A stretch of 52,831 nucleotides of DNA, the filler included, from Streblomastix strix (lineage: Eukaryota), in the NCBI GenBank assembly GCA_008636045.1. It is 3 parts of 3 records of this genome, joined end to end, with 100 filler letters (N's around TTAATTAATTAA, not from the genome) between each part and the next. Parts side by side here need not be neighbours in the genome. Positions count along the whole stretch, not along the records: positions 17,656 to 35,195 come from SNRW01000698.1; 2 more parts are not named here. One strand, 5' to 3'. Shown here piece after piece: positions 26,509 through 35,295 of this stretch. The first letter of the stretch is position 1, and each line of letters starts with the position of its first letter. The notes under the pieces are model-generated. The model was not told the DNA's origin and did no database searches. It saw only the letters and a program-made list of their open reading frames with translations. Position numbers and translations under genes: made by a program.

Positions 26509-26532
26509 TTTATATTTTTTATTTTAATTAAA

Positions 26533-26763
26533 ATGGATCAATAAACATATGATGTACTTACACAACTATTAATAAAATTACAGAATGATCACTAACAAAG
26601 GACTAAAGAATTTTAAGATTTTGATGCAGAATTAAAGAAAAAATAAGCATAAAATTTATAATCAATGCTAGATTATGTGAGAGGTTTAATACACATAGCT
26701 GATGCTTATCTTGAAAAAGAAGAATAGCTTAGTGAAACTTAAACCAAAGGTTTCAGTCATTGA
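26533..26763 (+). CDS. Viral hypothetical coiled-coil protein (76 aa)
   Basis: AAAATG start: MDQQTYDVLTQLLIKLQNDHQQRTKEFQDFDAELKKKQAQNLQSMLDYVRGLIHIADAYLEKEEQ...*. Confidence 0.65.
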
Positions 26764-26782
26764 ATTATTTTTGGAATATAAA

Positions 26783-27154
26783 ATGATCTCATAACCCAAC
26801 AGAAAACGAATGATATTAATTTAAAACTCAATCGTACAAACAGATGAAGGAATTAATCAATTTCAATTACCAGTAGAATTTATTACATCCAAAAATAATA
26901 GAGAGATAATATTTGTATAATGTAGAACAAATAGGTAGTTAATTGGTTAAGATCTTTATTTACATGCTTAATTTGTATAAGAAGATTAAGATAATGATTG
27001 GTATGTAGGTGGATGTGATGAATAGTGCACTGAGAAACACTTTCGGTAGTTGAATCATGATAGAAGTGCATAATTTTGTTTTAAGAATATTGATGATGAA
27101 TTAGTTGATTAAAATTATATATCATTTATACTTGAAATCTATTTAGTATTTTGA
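26783..27154 (+). CDS. Putative minor capsid (penton, single jelly-roll) protein, 123 aa
   Basis: MISQPNRKRMILIQNS...FQLPVEFITSKNNREIIFVQCR...DLYLHAQFVQ...WYVGGCDE...FCFKNIDDELV...SFILEIYLVF*. The alternating beta-strand pattern, F.LP motif and terminal F.LE strand resemble Polinton/PLV pentons, and it lies close to the MCP. Confidence 0.5.
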
Positions 27155-27183
27155 TTAAAGATTATGATTTTGTTTCAAATAAA

Positions 27184-27573
27184 GTGAGTCGAGTAATATT
27201 TGACAGCAAATAAAAGGTAGTTAATAAATTCAATAATAAACTTTATTTCTCTGACATCGATACAAATAATCTACCATAATTGAAAATACTAGAGAAGTAT
27301 TCACCTAAGTTAGTAATATTTGATACAGATGATGAATTCAAATAGTATCTTGTATTAAATAAGGAATCAATGGATTAAATGACTACATAAAAATTAAATA
27401 AGACATTCAAAGTCAAAGAATATTGTATTACTAAACTCTATGGCGCAATATCTTTGAGAAAGTATCTCGCAAGTAATGAAAAAATAGACAGCACTCATGG
27501 TGATACCGTAGGTGTTAATGATTAATTGGATAAATTAATTAGTGTATTAATTGAAAAAAAATATTTCAACTGA
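27184..27573 (+). pseudogene. Viral hypothetical protein (~129 aa) with an apparent ATG-to-GTG start mutation
   Basis: The context AATAAAGTG mirrors the AATAAAATG start at 23957. The frame includes FDTDDEFKQYLVLNKESMDQMTTQKLNKTFKVKEYCITKLYGAISLRK, reminiscent of a conserved Trichomonas Maverick protein motif (from memory, unverified). Confidence 0.5.
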
Positions 27574-27639
27574 TGAAATTTCATAAATTAATTAGTGTAT
27601 TAATTGAAAAAAAATATTTCAACTGATGAAATTTCATAA
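27530..27639 (+). repeat. Perfect 53-bp tandem duplication at the junction of two convergent genes
   Basis: ATAAATTAATTAGTGTATTAATTGAAAAAAAATATTTCAACTGATGAAATTTC occurs at 27530-27582 and again at 27583-27635. Confidence 0.9.
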
Positions 27640-28464
27640 GTCTAACATCTTTATTTTTGTTCCATCATTGCAGTATTACACTATTAAGGCTTATCTCTTT
27701 GTTAAATTTATATATTATTTCTATACACTCTCTTTATCAAATGGCATAGAAGATTAATAAAAAAATAACTTAAATTTCTATCGATTGAATCCACCGAAAA
27801 AGTACATTGTATCAACATTTGCTTTTATACTTGCATCAAGACCTATTATGTCTTATAAGCATAGAAAATAAGTGATTCTTGGCTATCTGTTCTAGAATTG
27901 CTTTTTGAATAATGGTAATTACTTATTTTTGAACACTGTCATTGCGTTATCAAATAGAACTTGAGTATGAGAGTATTTCGTTTTAAAATTCTCTGCTCCA
28001 ATAGAAGTCAGTATTTCCTATTTTGAATCTGATGTGAGTTAATTTATTAAATGTTTCTTTACTACCGTATCATAAACTGCTTTTGCCTCAATTAGATCAT
28101 TAAGTACCCCATCAATTTCACCATAAGTGACAATCTTTGTAGGAATACTGGTTAATATACTCATTTTCTTATATGTTTAATCATTATTGCTATCAGTAAC
28201 ATATATAAATAATATATAACAGTTCTTAACCTAACTCAATTTGATTAATTCTTTGAATACATTATATGACTTACCACTTCCTCTCTATCCTATAAGTATG
28301 TTAATAGAATTATATGTAAAGTTAATTTCTTTATGAATTGTAATTTATACCTTATGTTTATTAGTGACTTAACTCTCTAATAATTCATTTATATATTTGG
28401 TTAATGAAAGATTTGACACTTATTTACAGTTGAAACTAATGATTGATATGTAGTTGATATCTAT
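27634..28464 (-). CDS. A32/FtsK-HerA-family viral DNA-packaging ATPase (start codon appears mutated to ATA)
   Basis: Uninterrupted code-6 frame with Walker A INILIGQRGSGKSY, Walker B HTQVLFDNAM, arginine-finger/sensor FQNRQPRITYFLCLQD and IKANVDTMYFFGG, ending ...KMLDL* (TGA 27636-27634). The Walker A and sensor Gln residues are encoded by TAG and TAA. Confidence 0.88.
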
Positions 28465-28481
28465 TTTTTTGCTTAAACTAA

Positions 28482-30475
28482 ATGAGTGAACAAACTTAAT
28501 AAAGTTCATCTTCAGCACCATCTATATCGCAAAAGTTAGGATATGTCTCCCGATTTAGACCAAGAGTTATAGAACCAGATTACTATGGAAATATGGGAAT
28601 TGTACAACCGTATCAAACATATGAGAAGACAATAGGACCTTAATTAACGTTAAATTAACAGATGAAAGAAAATTAAGATTATTAAAAGATTAGAGAATAA
28701 TCATTAGTTAAAAGAAATGAGATTCTAGCGTAGTCCAGATAGTAATAATATGCTCTACTAACGGATTTGATTGGTAGGAATAAAGATATTCAATTTAAGA
28801 AAATGTGATCAAATGAACCTTCCTTTGAAGAGTGGAATAAGTGTAGAAAAAATCCTAGATAATAGAAATGGGTTGGATCTAGTGAAGATATTAATGGTGA
28901 TAAATTTCCGGTGTTTGTTGCTCGTGATGACAGAGGATTTATTCAATCAGCTGATGGACTTAGAATTACAGTTCCAATTAAGCGTCAAAGACTTACAAAA
29001 TATTTCACTGAAAACATATCTAAATAAGATAGAGCTACTACACATTGTAAATAATGAAAAGAAGAAGACAAACCAGCTGATGGATATAGACATTTCATTA
29101 AAAAATATCTATATCCTTTCTATAAATAGCGTGGCTATACTGTTGTTTAAGTACATTCAGTCATTGTAGGAAGAATATGGAAGAGATTTATTGTTCCATG
29201 GGTATTGTAATATTATGATAAATCATATTAAGCATAATCATTTATAGGAGGTGATGCAACATCACTAGCTATATATAAGAAATTGAGTAAAGCAATAAAA
29301 TAAACATAAAATTAATATTTTATAACTGGTGAAAGTGAATAAAAAGATAGTTAGATGATGAAATGGGTGTTTCCATTCACAAATAACCTACCATTTTTTT
29401 AATTTTAAAAATTTAAAATAAATTTATAAACAAAAATTGGAGTTGCAAACATTTAATTTTGCATCCTCTGAAAAATTAAGCAAAAAATATATTCATGTTT
29501 TTTCAAAAGCAGAAAGCTAATATTATTATTAAATTTTAATTTTAAATATTTTTTAAAAATTTTTCAGTTATACTGAAGGACAAAAACTACATTTTCAGCT
29601 GCATAGATTTGTGAAAACAGATTTTTTTTATTTTTTCGTTTTTTTCGCCCATTTCATGCTTAATTACTATTTTTTTTGTAAAATACTTTAATTATATTTA
29701 TTTATTAAAAATTGAATCAATAAAAATTAAAATTATTACAATGCTTATTGGTGATATTTCAATTTAAATTTCTTATTGAAAAATACGTGTGTGAATTTTG
29801 AGATAAATTAAAATAAATAATTGAAAAATAAGTATATTAATGTTTATTATATAAAATCACAATAATTGATGAATTTGAAATGGTGGGTAGAGTAAAAAAA
29901 CGAAAATATAAAAATTTTCTGTTTTGACGAACACATGCCGCTAAAAACGCAGTAATTGTCTATAAATGTATTTGAAAATAATTTATAAAATATTTTTAAA
30001 TAAAATTAAATAATAATAATACTTATATGATGACAAAAAATAAAATTATAATTTTTGCTCGTTTTTATAGCGGAGGCAAATCGAAAAATTTGCAACTCCA
30101 GCTATTGTTCAAAAAGTTATTTTAAATATTTTTAAATAAAAAAATACGAAGTGATCCTACTGAATGGACACTCCCAAATTAATATAAGTCGGTTATGCAG
30201 CATTTTGGAATGGAGAATTAGAAGAAATTCCAGATGATACAAATGATGATGGAGAAGACATATTTATTATTCCAACCGAATAAGATATTAAAGATGCAAA
30301 ATAGAAAAGAGATGAGAAGAGAGCTAAAGAATAGAGATAATATGAAACGGATATGGTAAAAATAAAAGCAAGAAAAAAGTCAACATTTGCTGAAGGGAAG
30401 ACAGTAGCTGATGCAAGATTACTATCGTATGAGTTTCAAAATGATTTAGATGATTATGTTATTGAGGATGAGTGA
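28482..30475 (+). pseudogene. Viral hypothetical protein (~390 aa) with two in-frame TGAs, split by a transposon insertion
   Basis: MSEQTQQSSSSAPSISQKLGYVSRFRPRV... has TGAs at 28806 and 29055. Removing 29365-30175 plus one AAAT copy restores the frame (...DSQMMK-LIQVGYAAFWNGELEEIPDD...) through to TGA 30473-30475. Confidence 0.75.
29365..30175. mobile_element. Non-autonomous 811-bp element with long diverged inverted arms and a 4-bp AAAT target-site duplication
   Basis: Termini are GGGTGTTTCCATTCA...TGAATGGACACTCCC, with internal inverted matches (TGGAGTTGCAAA / TTTGCAACTCCA). AAAT is at 29361-29364 and 30176-30179, and precise excision restores the host ORF. Confidence 0.85.
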
Positions 30476-30511
30476 AAATTATTAGTTATTATTATTTTTA
30501 TTTACAATGAA

Positions 30512-30802
30512 ATGAAATTAATTAGTTGGAATCTTGTTCATATAGATAAATAAGGTGAGGTAGAATTAATTTGTAATATTTCTTCTGATAATTTCAATAA
30601 AATATAGATATCAAAATACTGTTTACTTTTAACATATGATTAATTAGGTGAATATAAGGAAAAAATTTAAATTATTTGTGGAGAAGAACTGTAAAATTAT
30701 ATTGACGAAATGTAAACAGTTAGTAGAGAGAAATACAAATTACGTAAATAATATATAAATGATTGGCGTTAATTCGAAAAAGAAACTTGGGGAGAAGAAT
30801 GA
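30512..30802 (+). CDS. Viral hypothetical protein (96 aa), paralogue of 26221-26508
   Basis: MKLISWNLVHIDKQGEVELICNISSDNFNKIQISKYCLLLTYDQLGEYKEKIQII...WRQFEKETWGEE*. Confidence 0.7.
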
Positions 30803-31254
30803 TAATACTTTTTTTATTGTTATATATATATCAACTTTGTTGACGGTATAAATGCTAACTAACAATTTGATACAAAATTTAAAAAATTTGAACTGCTACA
30901 ATAAAAAAAGTCTATATAATTGAAAAAATAAAAACTTATGGTTTTCGAGTTTTTTAGATGATTGAAGATTTTAATAATTATATAGTAGTTATGATACTAA
31001 CATTACATTATTAAATAAATAAGAAAAATTTTTCGAGTCTGTTTAATGGGTTACGAGATAAAAAATAATTAATGAAAAACTTACCTATCTCCTATATAAA
31101 AATTTTCAAGTTCGCATATTTCGTCAGATTGAATATTTATAATAATATCCCGTTTTCTTTATAATAACGGTCTTATATAAAATATATATAAATAATTATT
31201 GGATGATTAAAGATAGCGAAGTTACCTTACTCGGACGGACATTTTCTCCGAACG

Positions 31255-31621
31255 ATATTTAAAAATTATTTTCCATTATTCAAAGTATTATAATCAAATC
31301 ATTCATTATTTATATATTCCATAATTTTAGTATTCTGTTTATTCATATTTTTAATTAAAAATTTTGCTGCAATTAATTTTAAATTCAATTAATATTAACT
31401 ATTCAAAACACGAAAGTTGAAGAAATAAAATACAATATATAAATTAAAAAATATTGATTCATTAAAATTTAAAAATATAAAATTTATTGTAAATAAATTA
31501 TAAAATTAATAACTTTAAGAATGGCAAATAATCTTTGAGGCAAATGGCTGGTAGTATCGATCAGAGTTTTATTGATAAACAAATATATGCTATGTTTTAA
31601 AAATTCTATTTTGATTTATAT
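31255..31621 (+). repeat. ~367-bp direct repeat, copy 2 (copy 1 at 21362-21728)
   Basis: Colinear, same-orientation match to 21362-21728. Confidence 0.9.
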
Positions 31622-32039
31622 CAAAAAATTGTAAAAATAGAAAAAATAACTAAAACATAAAAATTACTAATTCCTGATTAGAATTACGTGTATATTTATT
31701 ACGATTTATTTAAATTGTATGCAAAATTATTCAAATATTTTGTTTAACAGGAAATAAAACTTGTGAAACATGAACAAATGGGAAATAAAAAAGTAGTTTT
31801 TGAAATTAATTATGAAATAGAGATTTATTAAATCAATTTAAATATCTAGATATTCAAATACCTACTTAACTCTAGCAGACCAATTTTATAAATTATAAAT
31901 TATATTTCAATCTAATAGTAATTCAAAAAAAATTTTTTTAAATATAGATTCGGACATTATATATATATATATATATGTATGTATAAAATTTACATAAAAA
32001 TGATTTTTGTAACTATATGATTGAATTCATAAATTAATA

Positions 32040-32376
32040 CTCAAGAGTAGTAGGCAAAAGAAACTCACTGCCCAATGTAATTTTACTCTAAAAATTAACT
32101 TATTGTATTAACGGTCACCATAAATTCTTACCATAAATCATTCACATTTTTTATTTTTCATTTTTCATTTTTCATTCATTTCCTCAACTATATTATAATT
32201 TCATAAACCCTATATGAATCATATCCATAAATCCTATTTATTAATTATTTTTCACTCATTTTACTGATAAATTATTATCATTTTTTATTACGATTAATTA
32301 TATCCACTATTGTTTTTCCGTTATTTTTAAGTTTGAATTCTATAAGGCAGTGAGTTTCTTTTGTCTACTACTTGAG
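32040..32376. mobile_element. Small MITE-like element (~335 bp) with ~30-bp terminal inverted repeats
   Basis: AGTAGTAGGCAAAAGAAACTCACTGCC (from 32046) pairs with GGCAGTGAGTTTCTTTTGTCTACTACT (to 32372) with one mismatch, extending imperfectly to CTCAAG/CTTGAG. No clear TSD. Confidence 0.65.
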
Positions 32377-32399
32377 CAATTATCATTTCATATTTGACT

Positions 32400-33571
32400 T
32401 CATTGATTTGCATTTTCCATATATTGCTTAGAATTGAATTTAAAGCAATTTCTTATAAACTAAGATTTATTGAATTTAGAAGATAAAAATTAATGTGAAT
32501 TATTATTTTTAGTTAACGAATAGAGGCACTAGTTTTTGGGGAAAATAAGAACTCCTTTTGAATTATAAACAATTTAAACTCGTTTATAAGCGGAAAAAAC
32601 TTTAGTTTTAGGAAACGTTCAAGAGATTAAAGATACTAATAGGTGTGTATTTACATACAAAATAAGATAATTTGCAACGAAATTCTGACCAGAGCCTCCA
32701 TCTCGTTGTTGAAATTTATTCATAATTGACTGATATATGATACAAATTAAATTTGTACGTGTTTAAACTAAAGAGGAGGCGCAATTGAAGTTGAACAAAA
32801 ATGATATTGAATTATATTGATAAATATTGTAAAACCACTGCCTTTAGCATATTTTCAGATCTGATATACTATGCTGATGAAGTTGATTATGTGAATAGTT
32901 GTGACACACACAGGAAACGAGTTATAATTCAAAGACAAACTTCTTCATATTCCAATTGTTCGTAGTGACAAAAAAATCTCTATAATATAGAACCTGATGG
33001 CATTTCATTGAATTTGGATTTTATGGCACATTTTGTCGATTAAATTTTCATTTCGCATGTAAATTCGACAAATACTCACCTTAATCTACCTGTGAATGAA
33101 AGAATTGTTCTTTTAATGGATAACATAAATGATCTCTACAATCTATAAATATTAATGTAACTGACATTCAACAATATTGTCGTCGTTATTCCTCCACTAT
33201 ATGTTACTAATCTTTTTTAAGTTTGCAATTTGAACATCTTCGGACCTTTTAAGAGTCATCTTTAAACACTTTGGCTGAATCGTTGCCATGACTATCAAGA
33301 GTTTATCATGAGACTATGCATTTCAGTTATGCGTTAGGCAACAATTCCAATAAACATTCATGCAAGGTTTTTAGGTAGAGCTTTACGAGAAATTGAGAAT
33401 GAATAAGGTAACATGGTTGCATCATTTGTGATGGAAAATATTCAAGTTGCAATAAAAAAAGTATCAAATGAAGGAATATTAGTAATTGAAGCCCCAACAA
33501 GAATTACAATCCAATACGCGACAGAACCATGAGAGGCTGAAAATTACTTCCAATTTTTTGGTATTATGTGA
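32400..33571 (+). pseudogene. Degenerate pogo/Tigger-type (DDE_1) transposase
   Basis: Fragments DLIYYADEVDY, ERIVLLMDN and IVVVIPPLYVTNLFQVCNLNIFGPFKSHL match the N.DE, LL.DN and LPP..T..LQ.LD...FGPFK motifs, with frameshifts and TGAs. The 5' boundary is approximate. Confidence 0.75.
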
Positions 33572-34029
33572 AAATGTAACAAAACATTTCAATTTTAAAA
33601 AAAAACTAAATAAACTAAAAAGTCGGTCAAAAAAAATTCAGATTTTATTTTTTTCAAAAATTTGACAATTAATAAAACTCAAAATCGTTCGTATAGCTTC
33701 TTCAGAAAATGGAGATAAATCTAAAATTTTAATCAATTGGCCAAATTAAACAAAAATGAATTCAATGTTGGAATAAAAAAAATGAAATTAATTTCAAATT
33801 GTTATTATTAGTTTATTTAGTACGTAAAGTTAATAATTACATCTTTTTATATTTCAAAATTATAAATCGAATATTTATTTAACTTTCTTCTTTTTTAAAG
33901 TAAATTAAATTAAGGTATAAAAATTTTCTTCCTTATTAGGTATATATAATAAACGCAACCTTCAAAATTTTAATAAATAAAATAAATGAAAGATATATTT
34001 GGATTATATACTTCTAAATTCCATAGTTT

Positions 34030-35195
34030 ATGAAGGAAACGACAAATTTTGAATCAAAAATAGAAAGCGGCCCTGTAGTATAAACTGCCATTAATAATTG
34101 AAAATTTTATCATTAAATTAAGATATTATTTCATTTATTACCATATTTTATAAATTTTCATTCTAAACAGATTTGCCTGATGAGTTCTGACATTGCAATG
34201 ATAAAATCTGCCTTCACTACAAAATAATTTCGCTTGATAACACTTATGAATAAACTCCGAGTGATTTTAGTCAGTGATATATTTGTAGATAAATGTGCTT
34301 CTTGTCTCATTGTTGGAACTGGCAGCATTCGTGATCCACCAGACAGAAACGGACTGAGCCACTTCTTGGAACACATGCTCTTCATGGGAACTAAGAAATA
34401 TCCAGATGAAGGAGAGTTCGCGAAGTTTATATCATCCCATGGTGGTAATTATAATGCGTCTACAGGGCAACGCACTACAAATTATTTCTTTGATATTGAT
34501 TCAGCATACTTCAAAGAAGCCCTTGATCGTTTTTCATAGTTCTTTATCTCACCATTATTCAATGAATCATGTACAATGAGAGAACTTAATATTGTTCACT
34601 CTGAACATTAGAAGAACTAAAGAACAGATCTCTTTCGTTTGGGTCAAATAATGCGCAATCTCTGCAACAAAGATCATTATTACCACAAATTTTCTACTGG
34701 ATCATTGCAAACTCTTAATCCTGATGGTTCATCAATTCTTGAAACACGTGAAAGATTGATCCAGTATTTCAATAAATATTATAGTACAAGTATAATGGCA
34801 TTAGGTCTTGTTGGAAAACGTATGGAGAAGAATTATATTATATTATATTTTTATTATTTCTTACATTAATCTAAACCCAATTTTTATATATACAGAATCT
34901 TTAGATGAATTATAACAAATTGCTGAAGAATATTTTTCTCCTATTGCTAACTTTGATGTACCAACAATTGATGAAGAAATTTTAGGGAAAGAATTTGTTT
35001 AATAATTAAGTGAATCTTCATAATAATATACTTAGATATGCTCTGATCTAATTCGTGATTATTATCTCGGAAAGAATAAAAAAAACAAAGATGAGAAAGA
35101 AAATGAATAATAACATGATGATAAAGATGGGTAAAGAGAAGATATCTGGGAATTGGAATGGAAAAAGAAATGTGAGAAATATGGAGATCTTCATC
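34030..35195 (+). CDS. IDE: Insulysin / insulin-degrading enzyme family zinc metallopeptidase (M16A), 5' part; introns about 34075-34170 (probable) and 34820-34895
   Basis: GSIRDPPDRNGLSHFLEHMLFMGTKKYPDEGEF (inverted HxxEH zinc motif), HGGNYNAST, EALDRFSQFFISPLF and RELNIVHSEHQKN. A GTATGG...TACAG intron joins GK/QSLDEL. The start may instead be the ATG at 34180. Truncated by the contig end. Confidence 0.92.
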
Positions 35196-35295
35196 NNNNN
35201 NNNNNNNNNNNNNNNNNNNNNNNNNNNNNNNNNNNNNNNTTAATTAATTAANNNNNNNNNNNNNNNNNNNNNNNNNNNNNNNNNNNNNNNNNNNN
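35196..35295. other. Artificial contig-joining spacer (N44-TTAATTAATTAA-N44)
   Basis: Identical to 17556-17655. Confidence 0.97.

Larger units (their letters stand above)
23387..30802. mobile_element. Endogenous Polinton/Maverick-like dsDNA virus, structural and packaging module, decaying
   Basis: Nine or more intronless, tightly packed ORFs with short intergenic gaps, including an A32/FtsK-like packaging ATPase, a 570-aa capsid-sized beta-rich ORF and a 123-aa penton-like ORF. No pPolB, integrase or element TIRs were seen. Confidence 0.8.
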
